Below, in pieces: positions 39,101 to 47,937 of a DNA stretch of 64,000 nucleotides. Numbering within the stretch: the stretch's first letter is position 1; each line of letters starts with the position of its first letter. Location: positions 1 through 64,000 of the forward strand of contig JBDRCO010000068.1 of assembly GCA_043821645.1 (NCBI GenBank), given 5' to 3'. The notes beneath the pieces were generated by a model that saw nothing but the letters and a program-made list of their open reading frames with translations, was not told the DNA's origin and ran no database searches. This DNA is from Pseudomonadota bacterium. GTDB lineage: Bacteria; Myxococcota; JACRCW01; JAFGSX01. A program made the position numbers and the translations under genes.

Positions 39101-42100
39101 GCCGCTGCAGACCCAGCCCGGCTCGACCTGGCACAGGGCACTGCAACCGTCCAGGTGGGCGCGGTTGCCGTCATCACAACCTTCTCCAGGATCGATGGCG
39201 GCGTCACCACAATGCTGCGGCGTACAGGACGGGCCGCTGTTGCCTGGGACGCACTGGTCGCAGTACGGACCGTAGAATCCGGGCTGGCAGGAGCAGGTGC
39301 TGGGCGTCCCGGCCGGCAGCGTGCAGGTCCATCCGGGCTCAACCTGGCACGTGGACGAGCACCCATCTCCGCTGATCGCGGCGCCGTCGTCACAGGCCTC
39401 ACCGGGGTCCAGGCCGCCGTTGCCACACACCAGCAGGCACACGCTGGGCACACCGCTGCAGCTGTAACCTGGTTCGACACGGCAGGTGTCGGAGCATCCA
39501 TCCAAGTTATCCAGGTCGCCGTCGTCGCAGGCCTCACCGGGGTTGAAGACCCCGTTGCCACAGACCGGGAAGCACGCGCTAGGCTCGCCGCTGCAGCTGT
39601 AGCCCGGCTCCACCCGGCACAGGTCAGAACAACCGTCGCCAGCACTGGTTCCGGCGTCGTCGCAGGTCTCGCTCCCTGCCAGCACGCCGTCGCCGCAGGT
39701 CGTGGTGCAGGTGCTGGTCGGCGTGCCACTGCACGTGAAGCCTCGCTCGACACTGCAACGCGAGTCGCAGCCATCCCGGTTGGCGACGTTGCCGTCGTCG
39801 CAGGCCTCGCCGTCCGCGACGATGGCGTCCCCGCACAGGGGCTGGCAGTCCGAGGGCGCCCCAAGGCACACGAAGCCGGGTTCCACAGTGCACGTATTCG
39901 TGCACCCATCCCCCATGGTCAGGTTGCCGTCGTCACACGCTTCGCCCGCATCGAGGGCGCCATTGCTGCACGTCGCCGCGCAGGACCCGGGTCCGGTGCC
40001 CACGCAGACGTACCCAGGTTCGACCTGGCAGCTCGCCGAGCAGCCATCGCTGGCCACGGCGTTTCCGTCGTCGCAGGTCTCCCCGTTTGCCTTCAAGCTG
40101 TCTCCACACACAGCGGCACAGATAGAGGGCGGGCTGCTGCTGTCGCAGGTGGAGCCCGACTCGACCTGGCAAGACGCCGAGCAGCCGTCGAGGGGGTCGA
40201 TGTTGCCGTCGTCACAGATCTCGCCGCTGTCCAGGATTCCGTCGCCGCAGGTCTGGGTACAGGCGCTGGGGGTCACGGAGGTGTTGCACACCCAGCCTGG
40301 TTCCACCGCGCAGGTCGCGGAGCAGCCGTCGCCAGCGACCAGGTTCTGATCGTCGCAGGCCTCACCGGTGTCCAGGGTCCCGTCTCCGCAGGTCGCCGCG
40401 CAGACGCTGGGCTGCACCACGGTATCGCACACGTAGCCGGGCTCGACCTGGCACAGAGCGGAGCAGCCGTCGCCGGAGCTCAGGTTGCCGTCGTCACAGG
40501 TCTCGCCACTGTCCGTGGTGCCGTCGCCGCAGCTCTCGAGCGCGCAGCTGGGGCCGTCGTATCCAGTGGCACACTGGTCGCACAGGGCCCCGGTGAAGGG
40601 CGGTAAGCAGGTGCATGTGCCAGGGCCTGCACCGACGCAGACCCAGCGGTCCTCGACCTGGCAACTCGGACTGCATCCGTCACCTGCCAGGAGGTTCTGG
40701 TCGTCGCAGGCCTCACCAGGGTCCAGAGCGCCATCGCCGCAGGTCAGGGAACAGTCCGAGGGCGTGCCAGTGCAGCCATATCCAGGCTCGACACGGCAGA
40801 TGTCGCTGCAGCCGTCGCCATTGACGCCATTCTGGTCGTCACACTGCTCCCCTGGATTGAGCACGCCGTTGCCACAGACCGGGTCGCAGACCGAGGGCTG
40901 ACCCGTGCATGCGTACCCAGGTTCGATGGCACAGGTAGCCGAGCAACCGTCGCCGGCTGCGGTCGCTCCATCGTCGCACTGCTCCGCACCGCTCACGGAA
41001 CCGTCCCCGCAAACCGTGACACAGACCGAGGGGTCTCCCGAACAGCTCCAGCCCGACTCCAGGGTGCAGGCTGGGCTGCAGCCGTCGCCCAGGCTGGCGT
41101 TGCCGTCGTCGCAGGCTTCGCCGAGGTCGACGGTGCCGTTGCCGCAGGTGAAGACGCAGGTGCTGGTCGGCAAACCCGTGCACACCCAGCCTGGCTCAAC
41201 GGTGCAGGCGACCGAGCAGCCATCACCCGAGGTATCGTTGCCGTCGTCACAGGCCTCGGCGCCGGCGACGATGCCGTCGCCACAGTGCTCTGCCACGCAG
41301 ACCGAAGGCGATCCCGTGCATAGCCAGCCCGGCTCCTCCGCGCACAGCGCACTGCAACCGTCGCCGTCCGTATTTGCCCCGTCGTCACAGGTCTCGTTGC
41401 TCTGGACCACGCTGTCGCCACAGGAGCCGGTCACCGCGCTGCAGTCGCCCGCACAGTAGTCACCATCCACGGTGTTGCTGTCGTCGCAGGCCTCGGTCTC
41501 GGCGCAGGTCGCACCGTCACCGCAGGACGAGCCCGCGCCTGCGCCGGAGCAGGTGGCGTTGCAGGAGCCACACGCGTCGGCAAAGCCGTCGTCGCAGCTC
41601 TCGATCTCGGGGCACACCACGGAGTCACCGCAGGTCGAGCCGGAGCCCGCACCTGTGCAGGTGGCGTTGCAGGTGCCGCAGGCGTCGGCGAAACCATCGT
41701 CACAACTTTCGGTCTCGGGGCACAGGACGCTGTCCCCGCAAGTGGAACCCGTCCCTGCGCCGGAGCAGGTGGCGTTGCAGGTGCCACAGGCGTCCGCGTA
41801 GCCGTCGTCGCAGGTCTCGGTCTCGAGGCAGGTGGCGCCATCACCACAAACCGAACCCGAACCCGAGCCCGAGCACGTCGCGTTGCAGCTACCGCAGGCA
41901 TCCGTGAAGCCGTCGTCACAGGACTCGGTCTGGGGACAGGTCGCGCCGTCTCCGCAGGTCGAGCCCGTGCCGGCGCCGGTGCAGGTCGCGTTGCAGGTCC
42001 CGCACGCATCCGTGTAGCCATCGTCGCAGAACTCGGAGCCCTCGGTGACGCCATCACCGCAGACGGGCAGGGTCACGGTCCAGGTGTAGGTTGCCGGGGT

Positions 42101-44497
42101 GACCTCGGTATTGCCCGCGCAGTCGATGGCGCGCACCCGGAAGGTATAGCTCCCGTCGATGAGCCCGCTGTAAGGCCAGGGACTTGTACAGAAAGTCCAG
42201 GCACCAGGGACGGCGCCGACGTCGAGGCGACACTGGAACACCACCGAGGTCTCGGCGTTGGTGAACGCGAAGCTCGCGGTGGGGAGCAGCGAGGGGTTGC
42301 TCGGCCGGGCTGTGATGCTGGTGCCAGAGGGCGCCGTGGTGTCGGCCGCACCGCTGCTGATCGAGAAGTTGACCGTGCGCACGGTGCTGAGGTTGCCCGC
42401 GCGGTCGATCGCCACGCTCTCCATCACGTAGGCTGAGGTCCCCAGAGCCTGGGCGGGCAGCGTCTCGTAGGACCAGAAGCCACTGGCGTCCGCCGTGACC
42501 GTGGCCAGGCGCGCGTCCATGAGGCCGCCCCCGTTGAGGTCGATGGTCACCCGGGCAAAAGGCTCGGTGGTGCCCCGGAAGTTCGGCGTCGTGTCGTTGA
42601 CCGTGCTGCTGTTGACCGGGCACTGCACGACGGGGGGCGCCGGATCGGTGCGATCCACAATCCAGTCCCAGCGTGCTGGGCTCGCGTCGACGTTGCCGGC
42701 CGCATCCACGGCACGGACTTCGAAACGGTGGGCGCCTTGGCCGAGCCCGATCTCCACACGCGGGCTGGTGCACGCGCTGAAGGCTGCGCCGTCCAGGCTG
42801 CACTCGAAGGCGCTGCCAGCCTGGCTGGCAGTGAAGCCGAAGGTCGCGTCCACCGACAGCGTGAACAGCGGCGGCGTCTGGGTGAAGGTCGTGTCCGGGG
42901 CCGTGGTGTCGACCGTCCAGGTGTAGGAGGCCGGCGTCGGGTCCGTGTTACCGGCAGCGTCGGTGGCGCGCACGGAAAAACTGTGCGGGCCGTCGCCCAG
43001 GGCGCCGGTCGCCTGCGGCGAGGTGCAAGGAGCGTAGGCCGCACCGTCGAGGCTGCACGCGAAGCTGCTACCACTCTCGCTCGAGGTGAAGGTGAAGCTG
43101 GGGCTCGCCGTGCCGCTCGGGTCGCTCGGCGTTCCTGTCAACGTGGTCTCGGGCGGGGTGGTGTCACCCGCATTGGGGTCGACGGTGAAGGTGATGGGGC
43201 TGCTCACTGGCCCGAGGTTGCCTGCTGCATCCGTGGTGCGCGCCGTGACGGTGTGGGTGCCGTTGCCCAGGACCTGGCCTGACGTCAGGGTGTAGCTGAA
43301 GTTGCCCGCCGCGTCGGTGATGGCGAACCCGACCGAGCTCCCGTCGACGAAGATCTCCGCCATCGCTCCAGCCTCGCTCTCGCCGGTGTTGCCCGTGATG
43401 GTCGGTGTGGTCTCGCTGGTGCTGCTGCCGTTGGCGGGCGACAGGATGGTGGGCGCCGGGGGCGGCGTGGTGTCGACGCGCCAGGTGTAGCTGGCTGGCG
43501 TCGGGTCGACCTTTCCCGAGCTGTCCTTGGCGCGCACCAAAAAGGTGTGGCTGCCCTGGCTCAGACCGCTCAGCGCGCGAGGGCTCGTACACACGGCATA
43601 GGCCGCCGCGTCGAGCTTGCACTCGAAGGTCGCGCTGGCGTCGTTGGAATTGAACTGGAAGCTCGCGCTGGTCTGGTTCGTCAAAGTGGCCGGCTTGGCC
43701 GTGATGAAGGTATCAGGCTCGCCGCCTGTGCAGCCCGATGGATCCGTGCAAAAAACCGGATCGCCCGCGCCTCCGCTGACCGTCACGCCCGTGGTGTCAC
43801 CCGAGAGCAGCCGGCCGTTCTGCGACGAGCCGAAGAACAGGCGCAGGGGCAGGGAGGTGTTGTAGCCCATGGCGACGAGGTCGGCGATGGGGATGGCCCA
43901 GCTCAAGAAGTAGTCGGGGTTGCCGCTAAAACAGCCCGTGGAGCAGGCCTGGGTCGAGCGAAAGAACGCGGGGTAGGGGCTGACAGGGTAGATGCCGACG
44001 AACACGTCCGCATCGTCGGTGGGACTCGAGGTTCCCGAGCCCTGGGTGTTCTGCTGCAACGTCACGCGCTCGGGGTTGCCCATGCCGCCGTCGACCATGG
44101 ACAACGCATCGTAGTTGCTCAGGTCGCCGTCCCAGTCGAGCAACGCACCCCAGCCCCACTGCCCGAGCAGGCCGTTGCCGCTGGGCGCGCACACTCCAGC
44201 GGTCCGGTTGGTGCAGGGATCTCCGTCGAGGCGAATGCGCAGGAACAGGTAGGTGGCGTCGCGCGCCACGTAGGCCGCCGGCCTGGTGGCATCGCCCACC
44301 AGCTCCTGGGCGCTGTTGCCGCCCTCGACGGGGTCTGACAGCGCCACGTTGCTGGCCTCGATGGGCAGCCAGGCTGAGTCTGCCGGCCAGCTTGCCGGAG
44401 GAGGGGTCTGGGCACTGGCGGTGGAGACCAGGAGGACACCCAGCAGACCGATCGAAACGGTCAAGAACCGCACCCAGGTCTTCGCCATGCCTGTCAT
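36116..44497 (-). CDS. Giant (~2790 aa) surface protein: signal peptide, Ig-like domains, dozens of DUF4215/Myxococcus Cys-rich repeats, EGF-like and TSP3 motifs, MYXO-CTERM
   Basis: CGDGxxxxxExCDDGNxxxGDGCxxxCxxExG repeats; FEVRAVDAAGNVD; DNCPGVANRDQLDSDGDGMGDAC; C-terminus GGGCSC-hydrophobic-RRRPRR. Confidence 0.93.
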   Translation of the reverse strand: MTGMAKTWVRFLTVSIGLLGVLLVSTASAQTPPPASWPADSAWLPIEASNVALSDPVEGGNSAQELVGDATRPAAYVARDATYLFLRIRLDGDPCTNRTAGVCAPSGNGLLGQWGWGALLDWDGDLSNYDALSMVDGGMGNPERVTLQQNTQGSGTSSPTDDADVFVGIYPVSPYPAFFRSTQACSTGCFSGNPDYFLSWAIPIADLVAMGYNTSLPLRLFFGSSQNGRLLSGDTTGVTVSGGAGDPVFCTDPSGCTGGEPDTFITAKPATLTNQTSASFQFNSNDASATFECKLDAAAYAVCTSPRALSGLSQGSHTFLVRAKDSSGKVDPTPASYTWRVDTTPPPAPTILSPANGSSTSETTPTITGNTGESEAGAMAEIFVDGSSVGFAITDAAGNFSYTLTSGQVLGNGTHTVTARTTDAAGNLGPVSSPITFTVDPNAGDTTPPETTLTGTPSDPSGTASPSFTFTSSESGSSFACSLDGAAYAPCTSPQATGALGDGPHSFSVRATDAAGNTDPTPASYTWTVDTTAPDTTFTQTPPLFTLSVDATFGFTASQAGSAFECSLDGAAFSACTSPRVEIGLGQGAHRFEVRAVDAAGNVDASPARWDWIVDRTDPAPPVVQCPVNSSTVNDTTPNFRGTTEPFARVTIDLNGGGLMDARLATVTADASGFWSYETLPAQALGTSAYVMESVAIDRAGNLSTVRTVNFSISSGAADTTAPSGTSITARPSNPSLLPTASFAFTNAETSVVFQCRLDVGAVPGAWTFCTSPWPYSGLIDGSYTFRVRAIDCAGNTEVTPATYTWTVTLPVCGDGVTEGSEFCDDGYTDACGTCNATCTGAGTGSTCGDGATCPQTESCDDGFTDACGSCNATCSGSGSGSVCGDGATCLETETCDDGYADACGTCNATCSGAGTGSTCGDSVLCPETESCDDGFADACGTCNATCTGAGSGSTCGDSVVCPEIESCDDGFADACGSCNATCSGAGAGSSCGDGATCAETEACDDSNTVDGDYCAGDCSAVTGSCGDSVVQSNETCDDGANTDGDGCSALCAEEPGWLCTGSPSVCVAEHCGDGIVAGAEACDDGNDTSGDGCSVACTVEPGWVCTGLPTSTCVFTCGNGTVDLGEACDDGNASLGDGCSPACTLESGWSCSGDPSVCVTVCGDGSVSGAEQCDDGATAAGDGCSATCAIEPGYACTGQPSVCDPVCGNGVLNPGEQCDDQNGVNGDGCSDICRVEPGYGCTGTPSDCSLTCGDGALDPGEACDDQNLLAGDGCSPSCQVEDRWVCVGAGPGTCTCLPPFTGALCDQCATGYDGPSCALESCGDGTTDSGETCDDGNLSSGDGCSALCQVEPGYVCDTVVQPSVCAATCGDGTLDTGEACDDQNLVAGDGCSATCAVEPGWVCNTSVTPSACTQTCGDGILDSGEICDDGNIDPLDGCSASCQVESGSTCDSSSPPSICAAVCGDSLKANGETCDDGNAVASDGCSASCQVEPGYVCVGTGPGSCAATCSNGALDAGEACDDGNLTMGDGCTNTCTVEPGFVCLGAPSDCQPLCGDAIVADGEACDDGNVANRDGCDSRCSVERGFTCSGTPTSTCTTTCGDGVLAGSETCDDAGTSAGDGCSDLCRVEPGYSCSGEPSACFPVCGNGVFNPGEACDDGDLDNLDGCSDTCRVEPGYSCSGVPSVCLLVCGNGGLDPGEACDDGAAISGDGCSSTCQVEPGWTCTLPAGTPSTCSCQPGFYGPYCDQCVPGNSGPSCTPQHCGDAAIDPGEGCDDGNRAHLDGCSALCQVEPGWVCSGQPSLCAQTCGNSSLDAGEGCDDGNFAPGDGCDASCQVEPGYVCDSSSLPSTCTASCGNGQLDAGEACDDQNLQAGDGCSPTCQEETGASCSGEPSFCVTTCGDGVVGFDEACDDGVTGVSDGCSDLCQVMPGYVCDNSVSPSVCVATCGNGALDAGEQCDDGNAASSDGCSAVCQREPGYFCVGAPSTCVPVCGDAILTMSEACDDGNSAAGDGCDAACLVEHGFVCTGTPSACSSSCGDGLVASSEGCDDGAVADGDGCSALCQVESGWVCSAEPSRCGTSCGDSIVAGVEACDDGNGLPDDGCSACQVDPGWQCTGTPSVCTAASCGDGLRTGAETCDDANTLTGDGCDASCQVETGYSCHGSPSLCEPACGNGVLNLGEACDDGDLDAGDGCDDLCQVEPGYVCLGAPSVCSQTCGDSTLDSGEACDDGGSTSGDGCSETCQVEPGWTCSGTPSTCLRSCGDGLLQAGEGCDDGNLAGNDGCNAACAVEPGYQCSGEPSLCVASCGNGALDAGEACDDAGLATGDGCDATCQVEPGWACSGSPSACAPSCGNGAIDAGEVCDDGDTRAGDGCSSTCQVEPGWNCAGSPSACTQQCGDGVITASEGCDDGGTVAGDGCSDLCQVEPGSVCTGQPSTCATTCGDGTLDAGEACDDGNQTADDGCSVICQIEPGFVCAGTPSTCAPVCGDSDVVDGEACDDGNARDGDGCSDRCEVEPGWVCSGTPSTCSLLCGNAALDAGEACDDGGLIVGDGCNNLCQVEPGYACIGEPSVCALTCSDGSLDAGETCDDGNLVVGDGCNATCQVESGYACSGEPSVCALTCGDGSLDAGETCDDGNLVVGDGCNATCQVETSYSCAGEPSVCTPLCGNLAIDAGEQCDDGDRSAGDGCDATCQIEPGFVCTDEPSDCVELAVVDPDGDGVYSSLDNCPGVANRDQLDSDGDGMGDACDDEPYSDVTITGGGCSCGSSGVRASSALLLALGMLYALRRRPRRT
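36400..42065 (-). repeat. Coding Cys-rich tandem repeat array (mostly ~47-50 aa units)
   Basis: Recurrent CDDGN...GDGC...CQVEPG; five shorter ~36-aa CDDG[YF]xDACG[TS]CNATC units near 41540-42030. Confidence 0.9.
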
Positions 44498-44683
44498 TTC
44501 TTCCTCGAGTCGACGAGCCCCCGCCCGCGTGTTCAAGTCTGGCTGGCGGGGATGATATCACCTTGGTCGCTTCGGTCGATTGTCGTCCGCGAGGCCAGTG
44601 CTGGCGCGTCCTTGAGGGTCGGCCGAGCCCTGGCAGGCGTTGCCTGGCTTGACGGCCGCGCGAGCAACCGTCAAGGTGGATGC

Positions 44684-45919
44684 ATGCCCTGCATGTCCGG
44701 GAGCCTCGCCGCGGGAGCCGCGCTGGTGGTGCTGAGCGCGACGCTGTGTCGGGCCGCGAACGGTGCTGACGCCATTCCCCGTACCGCCTCACAGGTCCTG
44801 CAGAATACCCGAGGCAAGAGCGAGGCCCAGCGCAAGCGAGCGCTCGCCCGCTTCGCCCAGGACCCGAGACCCGCTCTGGAGCAGAGGCTGCGGGCCGTGG
44901 ACGGCGCCCTGCGCCTGGCCAAAAAAGGCACGCGGGACCGCATCGAATACCTGCAGCTCAAGGCCCAGCTGCTGGCGGTGGGCGCGCGCTGGTCCGCCCG
45001 CGCCAGGGTCCTGCGGCAGCTGGCCGCCGACGAGAAGAGGGCAGGGCGCGTCCGTCAGGCCGAACTGCACGCCCAGCTGGCCAGGGAGGAGTCCGTCCTG
45101 GGGCGGGTGTCCCGGCTCGTCTCTCGCATCGTGTCTGGGTCGAACATCAAACTGGCGACCCGGGATCAGACTAGCGTCGACGGAGCGAGGAACCTTGCAG
45201 CGCTGTACGACGAGCTCGGGGACAGGGTCCAGGGCGCACAGGCCCTGTGCTGGGTCGCCATCGTGCAGGACGCGACGAATGCGGCGGACGATGTGGTCGA
45301 GCCACAGCTCGGGAGCTGTGCCGAGGCCACTCGCGAGCTGCGCGATCTGGCCCAGCTGCAGCGCGAGGCCCTGCGCCGGTTATCGCAACGCGCCGTTCAG
45401 CGCGACGATTGGCATGCTGCCCTCGACCACGCCATGCGCGCCGACCGGGTGGTGGTCGTGCCCGCCACCAAGGCGGCCTTCGATGCCGTCGAGAGCTCGC
45501 CCTACCGGCGGAGCGAGACCACAGCACGGCTGTGCCACCTGGCCCGAGCCCGGGGCCTGTCCTGTGTCGAGCTCGAACGCGCTCTCGATGGGCAGCTCAC
45601 CATGCACGATTACAGCCAGCGACCTGTGATGGGCGAGCTGGAGGCGGAGGTCGCGGCCGAGGTGCTGTCCAACTACGACGCCTTGCTGCAGGACTGCGTG
45701 CAACAGGGTGCACGCTCCGGCGAGCTGCTCAAGACCCGCGTCGAGCTCGAGTGGTCGGTCGGCCTCGACGGCAGATGTCGTCTCAACGACCTGCGACCCC
45801 AGCGCCTTCGGGACACCGCCTTTGCCGCGTGCGTCAACCAGGCCCTGGGGCAGTTCCGCTACCCTCGCTATCGGGGTGAAATGCAGCATGTGTCCTTGAG
45901 CTACGAAGTGGGCGAATGA
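44684..45919 (+). CDS. Secreted helical protein with AgmX/PglI-like (TonB-C-like) C-terminal domain; start uncertain
   Basis: LLQDC...VELEWSVGLDGR...FAACVNQALGQFRYP...VSLSY. Confidence 0.65.
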   Translation: MPCMSGSLAAGAALVVLSATLCRAANGADAIPRTASQVLQNTRGKSEAQRKRALARFAQDPRPALEQRLRAVDGALRLAKKGTRDRIEYLQLKAQLLAVGARWSARARVLRQLAADEKRAGRVRQAELHAQLAREESVLGRVSRLVSRIVSGSNIKLATRDQTSVDGARNLAALYDELGDRVQGAQALCWVAIVQDATNAADDVVEPQLGSCAEATRELRDLAQLQREALRRLSQRAVQRDDWHAALDHAMRADRVVVVPATKAAFDAVESSPYRRSETTARLCHLARARGLSCVELERALDGQLTMHDYSQRPVMGELEAEVAAEVLSNYDALLQDCVQQGARSGELLKTRVELEWSVGLDGRCRLNDLRPQRLRDTAFAACVNQALGQFRYPRYRGEMQHVSLSYEVGE

Positions 45920-46731
45920 CCGTGCGCATCGCGGGAGGCCATTCGCCCAGGGCCAGGACACGGGCCGGGATCGCGGCCCTGCTGTGGTGGCTGCTGCCAA
46001 GCCCTGCGGCCGCCGAGCCGCTGTTGCCGGCACCCGCCGGATCCCCAGCGATGGCTGCCAGGGCGCGCGCCAAACCAGGTGCCCGGCGCACCAAGCAGCG
46101 CCGGCGACGCCCTGCCGAGGTGACCGTGCCCATCGACGTCGGGGTGGGCCCCAACGCCATCGTGCCCAGCCCACCCGCCATGTTCGATCAGCCCGTGCAC
46201 ACCGGCATGGTGCTCTCGCTGGCGGCCGTCGTGGACCAGGCCACCATCCGCCGTTTCAAGGACCAGATCCCACCTGAACTCCGCCAGCAGGCCATGACCA
46301 TGGACGAGGTGCGCATCCGCCCCTGGTATCTGGCGCTCATCCCGGATGTTCTGATCCTGTCTCCACCGTTTTTCAATACCGGCATGTACGGGGCTGTGTG
46401 GCACCCGATAGGAATAGGACTGCCCCTGCTCAAGGACCCCGTGCGCTTCACCCTGGGCGCCGATCTGGCTCTTTGTTACCTGTTCATGCATTCGCGGACC
46501 CTGCCCCAGCCAACGCACTTCTTGCGGCCCGGACTGGGCCTGCGCGCCGTGCTGCAGATTCCGCTCAGCGACACCTTCCTGGTCAGCACCGGCTGGGCCT
46601 CCGATCTCTACCTGCCACAACCCCTGGGCCAGCCGCCCTGGGTCTTCTGGCCCCTCGATGCCTCGCTGTGGCACCTCGGCGGCCCCTTCCTCAAATTTCA
46701 TGTGCGCATCCCCTTCACGACGACGATGTGA
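45916..46731 (+). CDS. Hypothetical secreted protein, possibly outer-membrane
   Basis: ATGA overlap with upstream gene; signal-like N-terminus; C-terminal FLKFHVRIPF. Confidence 0.7.
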   Translation: MTVRIAGGHSPRARTRAGIAALLWWLLPSPAAAEPLLPAPAGSPAMAARARAKPGARRTKQRRRRPAEVTVPIDVGVGPNAIVPSPPAMFDQPVHTGMVLSLAAVVDQATIRRFKDQIPPELRQQAMTMDEVRIRPWYLALIPDVLILSPPFFNTGMYGAVWHPIGIGLPLLKDPVRFTLGADLALCYLFMHSRTLPQPTHFLRPGLGLRAVLQIPLSDTFLVSTGWASDLYLPQPLGQPPWVFWPLDASLWHLGGPFLKFHVRIPFTTTM

Positions 46732-46813
46732 GCAGGCGCGAAATGCGCCTGACGCTGGCCCCGCTCTGACATAGAATTGGTAGCCGGATGGCCGAGCGGC
46801 TGGTGGGGCGATC

Positions 46814-47701
46814 GTGAAAGAATTCGGCATCTACCGCGTGGTCAAGCACCTGGGTGATGGGGCCATGGGCACGGTTCTCCTGGTCGAGAGCCCCGAGCGG
46901 CAGCGCTATGCCCTCAAGCTCATGCATGCCAAGGCAGAGCGCAGCGCCGAGGCTGTGGACAGGTTTTCTCGAGAAGTGCGCATCGCCCTGACGCTCAAGC
47001 ATCAAAATATCGTGGAGACCTTTCACGGCGGCCGTGCACCCACTGGGATGCTGTACCTGCTCACCGAGTACTGTCCGCTGGGGGGCCTCGACCGCTGGCT
47101 TGCAGCACAGGGGCCCATCGCTCTCCGCCACGCCCTGCGCTGGATGGGCGGAGTTGCCGAAGCCCTGGAGTATGCGGGACTGGTGCACCAGGTCGTGCAC
47201 CGCGACATCAAACCCGCCAACCTGCTGCTGGACGAGGTGCGGCAGGTCAAGCTGGCGGACATGGGACTGGCCAAGCGCACGTCCGCCGGTGCCACCAACC
47301 TGACCACGCACGGCTCCATCATCGGCGCCTTGCTGTACATGTCCCCGGAGCAGGCTGACGCCTCCCACGACCTCGACGCTCGGAGCGACCTCTATGCCCT
47401 GGGTGCGACCTTCTACCACCTGCTCTCGGGGCAGCCACCATTCATGGCCAAGCAACCCGCCCAGATCCTGTACGACATCCGTGAAAAGGAGCCCCGGCCA
47501 CTGCTCACGTTGAGGCCCGAGCTTCCCCACGCCCTTGGCGATCTGGTGCAGACCTTGCTCGCCAAGAAACGCGAGGACAGACCTGCCTCCGCCAGCGCCG
47601 TTCTCGAGACCCTGGCGGCCATCGCCGAGGAGGAGGGCGTGGCGATCGAGGTGAGCCGCGTGACCTTGCGTCCCCGAACCGCGCCCCTTCCGTTTCCCTA
47701 G
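46814..47701 (+). CDS. Stand-alone Ser/Thr protein kinase
   Basis: GDGAMG, YALK, HRDIKPAN, DMGLAK, YMSPE, SDLYALG. Confidence 0.92.
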   Translation: MKEFGIYRVVKHLGDGAMGTVLLVESPERQRYALKLMHAKAERSAEAVDRFSREVRIALTLKHQNIVETFHGGRAPTGMLYLLTEYCPLGGLDRWLAAQGPIALRHALRWMGGVAEALEYAGLVHQVVHRDIKPANLLLDEVRQVKLADMGLAKRTSAGATNLTTHGSIIGALLYMSPEQADASHDLDARSDLYALGATFYHLLSGQPPFMAKQPAQILYDIREKEPRPLLTLRPELPHALGDLVQTLLAKKREDRPASASAVLETLAAIAEEEGVAIEVSRVTLRPRTAPLPFP

Positions 47702-47937
47702 ACAGTCGCCTGGCCTTCCACCGACCACCGTGCACACCGGGGGCGGGGACCGACCGCGATCTGGATGCGATCGATAGATGAAGGATAACAATTATTAACT
47801 GATGTGAAATACGATAACATTATATTTTTAACGATATATGTAATTAAACTATACATGAAAAACAATAAGTCATCTGCATCGTCCGTGTCGTTGCAGCAGG
47901 TGATTTTCCTCCAGACACGTCGTCACGGTCGTGTCTA

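Noticed and set aside
47807-47834. dif-like site (…CGATAACATTAT…)
   Set aside because: The right arm does not match the TTATGT XerD half-site; kept only as an unexplained AT island.
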